Source: a virus
IMG/VR virus record: IMGVR_UViG_3300045391_000992
Location: 1-64,000 of that record
Length of the DNA: 64,000 nt
Direction: 5' to 3' (one strand)
In this document: positions 40,951-50,451 of the stretch, piece after piece
Layout of the letters: each line of letters starts with the position of its first letter
Position numbering within the stretch: position 1 is the first letter of the stretch
Position numbers and translations under genes: made by a program
The notes under the pieces: model-generated
Told to the model about the DNA's origin: nothing
What the model saw: only the letters and a program-made list of their open reading frames with translations
Database searches by the model: none

Positions 40951-41432
40951 TATGACGGAACCTCGATTTCCTCAACGTCCATTGTCCAATTGCAAGCGGC
41001 ATCGTACTCGTCGGTATCGGTTGATAGCGTCAGGATCTTGCACGTCAGACGCGGGCGATAAACCGCGTGCGCTCCTTCCATGCGCCATGACCCGGGCACC
41101 GCAGGTCGCTGCTGCGTCTCGCCCTCATCCGGCGTATATGAGAGCTCGGCAATGCAATCGATCACGACGGTCAGGCCGGGCCACTTCCCGTCAAAGTTCG
41201 GCGGGCGTTGGTCGGAGCAAGAGATCGTGCTCTTGTAGACCTTGAAGCCCGAGAACGAAATGTCCTTGAGCTTGCCGTTGCATGTGCGTTTGAGGTTGGT
41301 GGCCTGATCGATCGCGGTCAGCGTCTGCTTCGCGCCGCGGCACGAATATGGCGGAACCCCGACTCCCACCATGCGGAGCACGGTGAAGGAGTTCGGGGCA
41401 ATGGGATCGTCGTGACTTGCATCAACGGGCAT
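40950..41432 (-). CDS. distal-tail-like protein (160 aa)
   Basis: Immediately downstream of the tape measure, with 1-nt overlaps. Confidence 0.45.
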   Translation of the reverse strand: MPVDASHDDPIAPNSFTVLRMVGVGVPPYSCRGAKQTLTAIDQATNLKRTCNGKLKDISFSGFKVYKSTISCSDQRPPNFDGKWPGLTVVIDCIAELSYTPDEGETQQRPAVPGSWRMEGAHAVYRPRLTCKILTLSTDTDEYDAACNWTMDVEEIEVPS

Positions 41433-43792
41433 CAGTTACGTCCTTTTCCAACCCAAGCCGGTTTCCGGCCTGCAGATCGATTACCCTTCGCGACTGCGAA
41501 CTTGGTCAGACGCTCGCCCACATCCTCAGGAGCAAGCAGCCCCGAGAACTGTTCGCCGAACAATGTCAGACTCAAAGGCCGCAGGGCGGGCGGTGTTGCG
41601 ATCTCACCACCGCTTGCGTAACCCAATCGCGGCACGACCGATGCCATGCTCGAGGAGATCAGGCCCCCGATGTTGAATTTCGGCACGCGGAGCGTGCCGT
41701 TGTTGATCGCGTGGAGCATGCCGAGACCGTACTTGGCGACCGACTTGGCCTTGACCATGAACTCGCCAGCCGACGCCCAGATCGGGATCGAGTCTGACGT
41801 GCCGGTACCCGGACCTCGAATGTGCCCACCGCCCGCGAAGCCCTGCGCTCCTTGGAGCTCGCCACCCCCAAGCGCTGACGACACGAGCGATGCAATCGCG
41901 TTGAGCAGGTCAAGGATCGGCTGGAGCTTGGCCTTTGCGTCGGCCAATAGGCCCGCGAAGAAGCCTTTGACCGTATCGATCGCGCCCGAGATCGCAGTCG
42001 TAATACGCGTGCCGAGGTCGACGAAGAACTGGCTGACCTTGTCGACCAAGCCCTTGAAGAAATCGACGATCGAGTTCCATGTGTCGGTGACGAACTTGAC
42101 CGTCGCCGTCACCCCGTCCATCACGAACTGCCACGCCGCTGTGAATATACCACCGATCTGCGTACCCAGATCAGTGAAAGTTTGGATCAGCAGGGTCCAG
42201 GCATCGGAGACCGCCTGTGCGATATTGACTGCGCCCTGCCCCAACTGCTTGAAGAAATTGACCACGCCAATGATCGCAGCCTGCGCCCGCGCAAGGAACG
42301 CGTTCCAATCAACCTTCGATAGCAAGAAGATCAGAGCGGCAGTGACCGCGGCGATCGCGATTGCAGCAGCGCCGAATGAGATGCCGAACGCGGCCGCAAC
42401 GACCTCGGCCAAGGTGATGAAGATCGGGATGCCCGATCGCGCGATTGACAGGAACGTTTTGAGGATGCCGCCCGTGGACGTCAGCGCCGAACCAAATCGA
42501 ATGAGGCCAGTGACTGCGGCGCCACGCCCGAACAATACGCCGAGCGACCCACCAACCGCTTCGATCACACCGCCGACCGCGGCCCATGACGCCTTGAAGA
42601 TGCCGAGCAGGGAGATCATTAGGCGGATCGATCCCGTCATCTGCGCGAACAGAACGAGCACGACGGCGCCGCCTGCGGAGATGTTCGTTCCGAATACGCT
42701 ATTGATGACCGTCGCAAGGCCGCTGAAGAAGTTCCCGATCTTCTCGAGCGCAGGGAACAGCTTGTTATTGAAGAAGTCGAGAATGCCCGGGGCGCCGTCA
42801 ATCAGCGCGTTGAAAATCGATCCGAACAGCGTTGCAAGCTTTACCGCGAACGTCTGCAGCGCGGGGCCTTGCGTCTTGACCAGATTGTCGATCTTCGACG
42901 CGGCATCATTGAAAAACTTTTGGATGTTGCCGAAGTTCTTGGTGATCGTCGCATCGATCAGGTCGAAGACCTTGGCGACTGACGGGCCCAGAGTCTGCAC
43001 GAAGGCCACACGAACCTGCTCGACCGAGCGCCCGAACGCAGTCAGCGACGTCAGGAGCGGGCCGCCGAACTTGTCAATCAGTTCATTGAAAGCCTTCTGA
43101 TCCGCGACCTGCTTCTGCAAGCGCTCGTTCGCGAGCCGGACACGCTCCTGAGCATTCGCGACCTCATTGGCGACGACCTGCTGCTCGCGATATGCGTTAT
43201 TGCTATCGATAATGCCCTGCTGATACTGCTCGAGCGTGATCTTGCCCTGAGCGTATTCGGTCAGTAGCTTGCGTTGATCGGCCGCGAGATTGATCGCGGC
43301 GACCTGACCCTCGAGCATGCGGTCATTGGCTTGGGTCTGGGCCTTGGCGTTGTCCTCGAGTGCGGTGCTCTGCCCGTCGACCGACTTCGCGATATTGCGC
43401 GCAGCGATCGCGAGACCCGCGCCAGCCGCAGCTGCAGCAGCACCCGCGGTCGCCATGCGGGCCGTGAAGCGTCCGACTGCTGTGATGAGGGCCGGGAACT
43501 TGCTCGTGACGTTCGAGATCGCAGACTGAACGTCGCCGAGCGTGGAGCCGAATTCCTTGAGTCGACTCTGGAATCCGGACGGGACAACGTTGTTGAGGCC
43601 CTGTCCGGCCTTGGCGCCCGCTGCCTGGATCTGTGTCGCGGAGGCTGCGACTCCTGCAGCAGCTCCTGCGGCAGCCTTGTCGATCTTCTCGAAAGCTGCG
43701 GCGCCCTTCTGTGCGAAGGTATCAAGCTTCGCGTTTGCTTCCTCTGTCCCTTCAATGCGGACATTGGAAACGAGATCGTCTTCATTTGCCAC
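41432..43792 (-). CDS. tail tape measure protein
   Basis: 786 aa, helical and Ala/Gly-rich with hydrophobic stretches. C-terminal GGHIRGPGTGTSDSIPIWASAGEFMV motif. Confidence 0.85.
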   Translation of the reverse strand: MANEDDLVSNVRIEGTEEANAKLDTFAQKGAAAFEKIDKAAAGAAAGVAASATQIQAAGAKAGQGLNNVVPSGFQSRLKEFGSTLGDVQSAISNVTSKFPALITAVGRFTARMATAGAAAAAAGAGLAIAARNIAKSVDGQSTALEDNAKAQTQANDRMLEGQVAAINLAADQRKLLTEYAQGKITLEQYQQGIIDSNNAYREQQVVANEVANAQERVRLANERLQKQVADQKAFNELIDKFGGPLLTSLTAFGRSVEQVRVAFVQTLGPSVAKVFDLIDATITKNFGNIQKFFNDAASKIDNLVKTQGPALQTFAVKLATLFGSIFNALIDGAPGILDFFNNKLFPALEKIGNFFSGLATVINSVFGTNISAGGAVVLVLFAQMTGSIRLMISLLGIFKASWAAVGGVIEAVGGSLGVLFGRGAAVTGLIRFGSALTSTGGILKTFLSIARSGIPIFITLAEVVAAAFGISFGAAAIAIAAVTAALIFLLSKVDWNAFLARAQAAIIGVVNFFKQLGQGAVNIAQAVSDAWTLLIQTFTDLGTQIGGIFTAAWQFVMDGVTATVKFVTDTWNSIVDFFKGLVDKVSQFFVDLGTRITTAISGAIDTVKGFFAGLLADAKAKLQPILDLLNAIASLVSSALGGGELQGAQGFAGGGHIRGPGTGTSDSIPIWASAGEFMVKAKSVAKYGLGMLHAINNGTLRVPKFNIGGLISSSMASVVPRLGYASGGEIATPPALRPLSLTLFGEQFSGLLAPEDVGERLTKFAVAKGNRSAGRKPAWVGKGRN

Positions 43793-44336
43793 TGCGTCGT
43801 GCCTCTCGGTAGAATTGCTGCATTTGGCCTGCTACCTGCCTGACGATCGCGCGCAGTGACCACTTCTTGGGAATGCGGACGAAGGTCTTGCCGAAATACT
43901 GGGGACCCGTGTCGTCGAGCAGGAGCGGGGCCTTGCCCGGGCGCTCCACACGAAACAACGGTTTGGGATATTCACGTGCTCGAACGTTGAGCGACCCTGC
44001 CGTCGCAAACGACAAGGGAATCCAGAGCATGGGCTTGCCGCGGATCGTGCGGCCTTCTTCGAACACCTTCCAATAGGGCACCGCGTGGGTCACGCGAATG
44101 TTGATCGCACCACCCGACGCAAACGAGAGCTTGGCTTGGAAGCCTTCTTGCCAACGTGCGGAACCGAAGTTGCCGCCGGCCCTGATGTTCTCACGTCCTC
44201 GAGTTTCGATCTCAGACGCTGCACGTCGGGCGGCGGCAAGCTGCGCTTGCTGTATGTCCTTCGAGAACTTCTGGACGCGCGTTTTGAATTGCGCGCCCAG
44301 CTTGTCCCCGTTCTCATATTTGAAGGTGACGGTCAT
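43782..44336 (-). CDS. HK97 gp10-like virion protein
   Basis: ..VTHAVPYWKVFEEGRTIRGKPMLWIP resembles the gp10-family YA..VE.G......PF motif. Confidence 0.45.
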   Translation of the reverse strand: MTVTFKYENGDKLGAQFKTRVQKFSKDIQQAQLAAARRAASEIETRGRENIRAGGNFGSARWQEGFQAKLSFASGGAINIRVTHAVPYWKVFEEGRTIRGKPMLWIPLSFATAGSLNVRAREYPKPLFRVERPGKAPLLLDDTGPQYFGKTFVRIPKKWSLRAIVRQVAGQMQQFYREARRSGK

Positions 44337-44940
44337 TGCCCCTGTTCCCGCAGCTTCTTTGCGAGACCGCGATACCCTTTCTTGTCGGCGTGGTATGCGG
44401 CTCGCATGAGACCTAACTGCGAGTCATCGTGATTGAGCTGATCGCGTCCGATCAGTTCGCACCACGCAGCGAGTTGTCTGGGAGTTGAGTTCCAGCAGTC
44501 TCGCTCGCTTCGTCCTGCTCGGACGTTTGTGAGGATTGCGCGGGCGATTTCGTAGCCTGATCCCATCCACGCACGCCGGCCGAGTCCAGCGCTGCGTTGA
44601 CCCCGTCGAGAAAAGACTTGACGCCTTTTGGGAATGTCAGTTCCATCAGCTTCGAGAGAATCTCATACTGCTCGCCGACGCCGAGAGTCATCGCGACCTT
44701 GATCGTCGCATCGTCGCCTTCCTTGCCGGTGCCTGCCGCGATGATCATAGCGACCGCAAGGGGGAATTGAGAGATCAGCATTTGGAGGTCCGCTTCCCGC
44801 TGAGCGAGAATTTTGCGGACCTCCGGGAATGCTGTGAGGATGCCAACGATATGACTTGCCGTCAGGCCGTTGAGCTCCACAGACTGACCACGCACTTCGA
44901 CCGATCCGACGGAAGGGCCGATGTCTACCAATGATACCAT
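44333..44940 (-). CDS. tail assembly chaperone G-T-like fusion produced by -1 frameshift
   Basis: The -1 frame is open from the slippery site through ORF 44333-44566. The T-frame stop forms an ATGA overlap with the next gene. Confidence 0.5.
44452..44940 (-). CDS. tail assembly chaperone (G-like, 0-frame product)
   Basis: Located between the tube and tape measure genes. Acidic C-terminus. Confidence 0.6.
   Translation of the reverse strand: MVSLVDIGPSVGSVEVRGQSVELNGLTASHIVGILTAFPEVRKILAQREADLQMLISQFPLAVAMIIAAGTGKEGDDATIKVAMTLGVGEQYEILSKLMELTFPKGVKSFLDGVNAALDSAGVRGWDQATKSPAQSSQTSEQDEASETAGTQLPDNSLRGAN
44626..44632 (-). other. candidate -1 slippery heptamer C_CCA_AAA
   Basis: 0-frame reads TTC CCA AAA GGC. 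I translated the -1 frame from here to the ATG at 44566 and found no stops. Confidence 0.5.
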
Positions 44941-44983
44941 AGTCTATTTCCTTAAGTTGGCGCGTTGTTGAAGTGGTCGTGTA

Positions 44984-45535
44984 TTACGAACCGACCACCA
45001 TGTTCGTGAACTTGGCAAGGCCGAACTTGCCGGAGTTCGGTCCCGACGTCGCCGCCAGCACGTCGGCAGTGACCTCCATGTCGTTGAACTCGTCGGAAAT
45101 CATGCCGAGGTCGCCGGTGGGCGTGAACGAGACGTTGTAGAGGTCGACGGTGATCTTCGGACCAACGTCGTTGGTGCCGACGAACCGCAACGCTCCAGTG
45201 ATGGACGAGTTCGCGAAGATCTCGACCTCGGGGCCGCCGACCGCGGCCTCGTCCACGTCGCCGTAGACCATGAGGGCGAAGTTCGCCGGCGTCCATTCCT
45301 GCATTGTGATCTTGCATTCACACTTCTGCTCGATCACGATCACGAGATCCTTCTTCTTCGTGCCCTCACGGGACGAGAAGTGCTCGAGCGTGTCGACCGA
45401 AGGCGTGATCACCATCGCGGACACGTTACCGAGATCGCGATATTCGGAGTCGCCGTCCTTCAAGAAGGAGACGATCCCCTTGCCGACTTGCAGGTTCTTG
45501 ACGTTCGGCGAGATCGTGGTGGGTGTGGTGGGCAT
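44984..45535 (-). CDS. major tail tube protein
   Basis: 183 aa and beta-rich. Lies directly upstream of the chaperone pair. Confidence 0.6.
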   Translation of the reverse strand: MPTTPTTISPNVKNLQVGKGIVSFLKDGDSEYRDLGNVSAMVITPSVDTLEHFSSREGTKKKDLVIVIEQKCECKITMQEWTPANFALMVYGDVDEAAVGGPEVEIFANSSITGALRFVGTNDVGPKITVDLYNVSFTPTGDLGMISDEFNDMEVTADVLAATSGPNSGKFGLAKFTNMVVGS

Positions 45536-45547
45536 TGTAGTCCTTCC

Positions 45548-46012
45548 TTAGGTGGGAATAAACGGGTAGTTCATGACGAAGTCCAGTCGCATCTGACCTG
45601 ACATTGCGGACCCGGACTTCAGATCGGTCTCGCAACCGTAGTACACAAGGGTACCATTCGAGCCGAGAAGACCAGCCAGTGTCTCGTCGGCCCAAAGCTT
45701 TTCGAAGAACGCGATGCGGAACGCGTTGAGTTGTGTTCCGGTCTCCTCGGTATTCGGTCGGGCCTCCTTTAGCAGAATGTAAACCTCAGGGCGGCACGAT
45801 ATGATCTGCGGAGCCAGCAGCGCCTGCCTGCCCTTGATACGGTTCGTGTCGACCGATAGGCGCGGGATCTCGTCGCCGTCGAGCAATACCATGGCCGGAC
45901 GTTTGTCAGTCGTCAGCATGCCCATGTTGCGTCTCGTCGTCTCGATCCCGGGCACCGTGCCCATGATCGTGAACACTCGAGCGAGAATGTTCTCGCGCTT
46001 ATCGTCGGACAT
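45548..46012 (-). CDS. tail terminator / neck protein (position-based)
   Basis: 154 aa, directly upstream of the tube gene. Confidence 0.4.
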   Translation of the reverse strand: MSDDKRENILARVFTIMGTVPGIETTRRNMGMLTTDKRPAMVLLDGDEIPRLSVDTNRIKGRQALLAPQIISCRPEVYILLKEARPNTEETGTQLNAFRIAFFEKLWADETLAGLLGSNGTLVYYGCETDLKSGSAMSGQMRLDFVMNYPFIPT

Positions 46013-46298
46013 TGGACCACTCCTTTTGAAGCTTCGCCGCGGCCGACGATCGCTTCTTCGTTTTGCGAGCAGGCTTGGGCTCGGACTTGATTGCAGGGGT
46101 CGCCGTCGACTTGGGCGTTTCGACGTTCACGACCGGCGCGTCCTGCTTAGGCACGTTAATGATGGGCGCGTCCACGGCCGGGCATGATAGCTCGACCTTG
46201 GGCGCAGGCACGACGACCGATGTCTCGTGACGATAAACGAGGCCGCCCATTGCCGCCGCGCAAAGGAACAGGCCCACTCCGATAAACCAGTTACCCAA
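45999..46298 (-). CDS. small membrane-anchored protein (about 99 aa), start uncertain
   Basis: Possible TTG start at 46296-46298 after GGAGGG. TM segment WFIGVGLFLCAAAMGGLVY. Confidence 0.3.
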   Translation of the reverse strand: MGNWFIGVGLFLCAAAMGGLVYRHETSVVVPAPKVELSCPAVDAPIINVPKQDAPVVNVETPKSTATPAIKSEPKPARKTKKRSSAAAKLQKEWSNVRR

Positions 46299-47337
46299 TT
46301 GCTGGCCCTCCGCCGCCTGCTGCACCCGTGATCTCGACCTGAGGTGCGGTCTTGCCCGCGCCAAAAGTGATCTTCACGTCAGCGGAGACGACGCCGGTGA
46401 CGTTATCATTCGAGTAACCTGTCTGCGGCCACGGCGTCCAATCGGGCACGTGGTACTCGGCGGGTGTCGTCGTACCCGCCGCAGTGTCCTTAAGCGGGTA
46501 GTCCCTGCGCTCGTCAGCTTTGGGCCCGCCTTGATTGGCAGGCGTCAACCGCGACTTGTACGCTGCACCCTCGACCTTCCACTTCAGGGTACCGTTGCCC
46601 GGCGTCGTCGGGCCCCCGATCGTGAACGTAAAGGTCGCGGGCTTCTTACCCGTCTGCGGATTCTTCGGCAGCGACGCGTACAGCTTGCCGAGGTTGAGCA
46701 GTATCACGGTCGCGTCGTCGGCCTGATACCCAGTCGCAGGAGCACCCGGCTCCACATGATAGGTCCAGCCCCCGCTCGCAGCCATCGAGAAGAAGGTCGG
46801 CGATGGAATCTCCACAGTCTGGAAAGTATTCGTGAAGATGCCCACGCCAACGAGGTTCGGGTCCTGCCCATCGAGCAGGCCGAAAGGCGGGGTCTTGAAG
46901 AACGTCAATGCCTGATCGCGTGTCCACACTGGGGTCAATCGCGCAGTGACGACGTGGTCATAGATCTCGTTCCAGTTCGCGGTGTCGACTATGAACACGT
47001 CGATACCCGGGGTCGTCACGGTCTTCTGATCGTGCGCAGGCCTCACGGGCAACCACCATCGATACTTCGCGAGCATCTTGTCGCTAACAGGATTGACGAT
47101 CGGCACAGACCCGGGCGTCGCACTCGGGTCAACACCATCGGTGCTCCCTGCGGTTGACCAGTCAGGCGATCCCCAACCGGACGGCAGGCCAGTCGCCTGC
47201 GCCTTGGCCGCAGGTGGAGCCGCGTTGCCGGTCCAATGCTGCGACACCCGCAGGAACACCAAGCCCCCGACGCTCGGGAAGCTGATCTTCTTGATGACAT
47301 TATTGAAGACCTGTCGCGGACCCGGCTGACCAACCAC
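46291..47337 (-). CDS. virion-associated hypothetical protein (348 aa)
   Basis: GTG start directly after the upstream TAA. Lies in the neck module. Confidence 0.5.
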   Translation of the reverse strand: MVGQPGPRQVFNNVIKKISFPSVGGLVFLRVSQHWTGNAAPPAAKAQATGLPSGWGSPDWSTAGSTDGVDPSATPGSVPIVNPVSDKMLAKYRWWLPVRPAHDQKTVTTPGIDVFIVDTANWNEIYDHVVTARLTPVWTRDQALTFFKTPPFGLLDGQDPNLVGVGIFTNTFQTVEIPSPTFFSMAASGGWTYHVEPGAPATGYQADDATVILLNLGKLYASLPKNPQTGKKPATFTFTIGGPTTPGNGTLKWKVEGAAYKSRLTPANQGGPKADERRDYPLKDTAAGTTTPAEYHVPDWTPWPQTGYSNDNVTGVVSADVKITFGAGKTAPQVEITGAAGGGGPAIG

Positions 47338-47673
47338 TTAGGAATTGCCCCCGTCAACAAGCATGCACTCGCAGTCGTAATAAACGAACTCCCCAGCAGG
47401 GCGCGGCCCAGTGACGGGGAGTATGATGTTGAACATCTCGCCTTGGTAGGCAATCTGATCGCGCTCGTGATCAGGCTCGGGCGCCGTGAGGTCATAGGCA
47501 GACACCCGAATGCGCGACGCCTTGTCGCCAAACAGGCCACGCTCTGCGGGCTTGTACTCGATGCGTGCCATGGTGACGTCGCGCGGCGTGCCGTTGCGCA
47601 CGAGTTGGCCGACGCCACCCCAGCGCGCAATCATTTCGTGCGCGGACTTGCGCAGTTCGTCGGTGATGCTCAT
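47338..47673 (-). CDS. head-tail joining protein (position-based)
   Basis: Start at MSITDELRK, in an ATGA overlap at 47670-47673. Confidence 0.45.
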   Translation of the reverse strand: MSITDELRKSAHEMIARWGGVGQLVRNGTPRDVTMARIEYKPAERGLFGDKASRIRVSAYDLTAPEPDHERDQIAYQGEMFNIILPVTGPRPAGEFVYYDCECMLVDGGNS

Positions 47674-48059
47674 GCGACGACGACCGCCGGCTTGTTCTTG
47701 CGCAGGAGATCGAGATAGCGACGTCCGTAGAACGTCGTGCCCCACATCTCCGACTGCGAAAGCGTGCCGTTGTTCTGCACCGACCACGATCGCGCCATTC
47801 CCGAGAACGATTCCGAGGTCAGCGTTTTGATGACGCCGATTTCGCTATCGGCCTTGGACGCCGTGGCCTCGGTCGCGATCACATGAGCAGTCATGTACAT
47901 GATCGCGGGTTGGTAGTCGGCCTCAACCCAAGTATTGTCAATATTGTTCGCCATCTCCGCGAGCACGGCCTCGACCATGCTCTGGGGGTACGTGATCGCG
48001 TTATCGAATACGGGGAAGCGGGTGATGAAATCCGCATATGTGGGCGTCGTGTAGGGCAT
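47670..48059 (-). CDS. DUF4054-like head-tail connector protein
   Basis: MPYTTPTYADFITRFPVFDN.. N-terminus is typical of this family. Confidence 0.5.
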   Translation of the reverse strand: MPYTTPTYADFITRFPVFDNAITYPQSMVEAVLAEMANNIDNTWVEADYQPAIMYMTAHVIATEATASKADSEIGVIKTLTSESFSGMARSWSVQNNGTLSQSEMWGTTFYGRRYLDLLRKNKPAVVVA

Positions 48060-48085
48060 CGGGGTCCTCGTTTCAGGGGCGGCGA

Positions 48086-48124
48086 CGTTTCAATTAGGGG
48101 CGGCAACAGCGCGATTGCGGGGCC
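48086..48124 (-). promoter_or_regulatory. conserved 39-nt promoter-like motif, copy B (GGCCCCGCAATC-N16-TAATTGAAACG)
   Basis: 31/39 identical to 7905-7943. Preceded by the hairpin GGGGCCC..GGGCCCC. Confidence 0.35.
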
Positions 48125-48160
48125 CTGACGTGTTCGGGCCCCACCCGCGCGTTGCTGCGC

Positions 48161-48736
48161 TCACAGCCGCTCGCGTTTGCGGGTGCTCGGCGCTCGTTTT
48201 GCGACTGGCTTTTTCGAGGGTTTCGCGCTCTTGGCTTTCTTGGCTGGCTCGCGCGGCGCCTTGTCCTTGCGATCGGGCGACTCGATCTTCTCGGGCGGGG
48301 GCTGCTTGGGGATCTCCTGACGTGTCACAGCGTCGCCCTGCTCGTGGATCACGACCTTGGACTGCATCTGCAGGGCCTTGGCGACTTCGGTGCGTGCGAC
48401 GCCGCGCAATGTCAACCGCATGTGATCGCGCGTCGGGCGCAGCGTCACGTTCTCCGGCGTCTCCACGATCTCATTGTAGCGCTGAAGCACTTCCTCATAG
48501 GGATCTTCGGCGATGCCCTTGAGCAGAGCCATGATGGCCTCAAGACGTTCGGTCTTGCGGATCTCCTTGGGCACGACGAGTAGGGTCTCAGTCGCGATGC
48601 CCCTGCGGATCATGTGGTAGTGGACGTCGTGGATGTCACACTCTTTGAGCTCGCCGATGCCGATCGAGAAAGCAGTGTTGGAACTGTCGTTGACCACTCG
48701 GGTGTTGTCCCCGAAATTCATGATGTAAGCTTGCAT
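48161..48736 (-). CDS. hypothetical protein with Lys/Pro-rich tail ending RKRERL (191 aa)
   Basis: Start at ATG 48734-48736, with AGGAG 8-9 nt upstream. Confidence 0.55.
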   Translation of the reverse strand: MQAYIMNFGDNTRVVNDSSNTAFSIGIGELKECDIHDVHYHMIRRGIATETLLVVPKEIRKTERLEAIMALLKGIAEDPYEEVLQRYNEIVETPENVTLRPTRDHMRLTLRGVARTEVAKALQMQSKVVIHEQGDAVTRQEIPKQPPPEKIESPDRKDKAPREPAKKAKSAKPSKKPVAKRAPSTRKRERL

Positions 48737-48766
48737 GTGTTGAACTCCTGTGCTGGCGCGCACTGT

Positions 48767-48807
48767 GAAAACGATAAGAGGGGTGGGCCCTCGGGGGAGC
48801 CCACCCC
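48767..48807 (-). terminator. rho-independent terminator after the capsid gene
   Basis: Minus strand reads GGGGTGGGC..GCCCACCCC followed by TCTTATCGTTTTC. Confidence 0.6.
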
Positions 48808-48843
48808 AATCTCCCTAAAAGCCGCCGGGCAGATTGGCTGCGA

Positions 48844-49797
48844 TTAGGAGAGCTGGTCCGACGTGTAGATGCCGTCCACGTAGCGGACAGCCTTCGGACG
48901 ACGGATCTCGAGGCCGGCAACGCGGAAGATGCCGGGGATGTCGTAGATCAGCGGGCCGGTCTGCCACACGGGCAGGAACCGGTGGGTCATCGGGATGTGC
49001 ATCTTCAGCACCTGCGGATCGCGACGATATGCGATCATGCGGCCCGACCCGTTCTGACCTGCGGTCTCCAGACCACGCACACCACGGATCGTCAGCGGCT
49101 GGCCGGTGACCTGGGTGTAGACGTTCTTCGTGGTCAGGTATTCGAGCACCGACGCCGTGGTGTTCGGAATACGCTTGGTGGAGATGATCGTCAGGCAGGG
49201 GATCGGAAGCAGGATCGTGTCCGCCATCTCGACAGTCAGCGACTCGGTGTAGACGCCGGTGATGGCGTTGTTCACGTCGTCGATGATGCCGTCCGCCGAC
49301 TTCAAATTCCAGACCGTGTGGCCTGCTTCGATGCCGGCGAGCACCGCCGTGATGCCCGGGTAGTCGAGGATGCCCGACATGTTCTTCTCGGCCTTGCCGC
49401 GAAGCGCAATGTCGTCCATGAACTCCTCGTATGCACGAAGAGCCGCGGCCGCGCGATCGGGACCCAGGTTGGTACCCGGGATCATCATCGCCTGACCGAG
49501 CTCTTCCAGCGTCCATCGGTAACCGATGTCCGCCATCTCGATGCCGACCTCGTTCTTCGAACGCTCGATATCGGCGACGTGGATGTCCTTCGCGTAGTGA
49601 TGGAACCATCCAGCGCGACCGACCTTGTCGCTCGAGTAGTAGGTCACGGACTTCGCCCACTCGTTCGCAGACGTGTCCACGGGGATCAGCGCCGGGTACT
49701 GAATGTCCGGGTACTGGATCTCGTAGACCTGCTGCTCGATGTAGGCAGTCTGGCTGACAGCGAAGCCAAGGGCTTGCTGTGCGTCGACCATTCGCAT
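48844..49797 (-). CDS. major capsid protein (DUF2184/encapsulin-like class)
   Basis: 317 aa with an AGGAG SD. Follows the scaffold and decoration-like genes and is followed by a terminator. Confidence 0.7.
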   Translation of the reverse strand: MRMVDAQQALGFAVSQTAYIEQQVYEIQYPDIQYPALIPVDTSANEWAKSVTYYSSDKVGRAGWFHHYAKDIHVADIERSKNEVGIEMADIGYRWTLEELGQAMMIPGTNLGPDRAAAALRAYEEFMDDIALRGKAEKNMSGILDYPGITAVLAGIEAGHTVWNLKSADGIIDDVNNAITGVYTESLTVEMADTILLPIPCLTIISTKRIPNTTASVLEYLTTKNVYTQVTGQPLTIRGVRGLETAGQNGSGRMIAYRRDPQVLKMHIPMTHRFLPVWQTGPLIYDIPGIFRVAGLEIRRPKAVRYVDGIYTSDQLS

Positions 49798-49870
49798 CTT
49801 GTAGTCTCCTGATGCCTAGTGTCTTACGCTAGGACTTGGGGGTTTGGTTTGTGTAGTCGAGAGACTACGG

Positions 49871-50356
49871 TTAGGCCGCGCGACCACCCTGCGGGATGGA
49901 CACGATGGCACGACCGCCGACGCCGCAAGACGTCTTCCAGTACGCGCCCGGGATCGGGCCGACAGCACCCGACGCATTGTCGGAGAAGATGCCGGTCGCC
50001 GCGACGAAGTAGACCGCCGCATGTGCGGTGACTGCCTCGTTCGGCTCGACCCAGATATCGCCCGACTCCATGCAGCCGACCGAGTTCGGCGGCAGATAGT
50101 GGTCGAGGTCAGCAGACGCGACGTCGCCCCGGAGGGTGATATCGCGGATGGACACACCACGGAAGCCGGCCAGCGACCCGCCGAGGACAACGCCCTCGTC
50201 CGACAGCGTGCCCTGCGACACGGCGCGACCGAACGGAATGCCCGGCGACGCAGTCTCGCAAATGCCCGTGGTGATCCGCGCCTCGTTCACCTGACCAGCA
50301 AGGGTGCCCGGCGACGGAGGTGCCATACGCTCAGAATAGCTCGTTTGGGTGGTCAT
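49871..50356 (-). CDS. head decoration/cement-like protein (161 aa)
   Basis: Lies between scaffold and capsid genes. AGGAG SD. Gly/Ala-rich and beta-rich. Confidence 0.45.
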   Translation of the reverse strand: MTTQTSYSERMAPPSPGTLAGQVNEARITTGICETASPGIPFGRAVSQGTLSDEGVVLGGSLAGFRGVSIRDITLRGDVASADLDHYLPPNSVGCMESGDIWVEPNEAVTAHAAVYFVAATGIFSDNASGAVGPIPGAYWKTSCGVGGRAIVSIPQGGRAA

Positions 50357-50451
50357 GTTGTCTCCTGTTATGACCGGTTAGAAACTGGTACGCCTTACTC
50401 GAGGCCGCGACGTATCGCGGCCCTTATTCGTTGTCGGGGGCTCCGTTCCCG

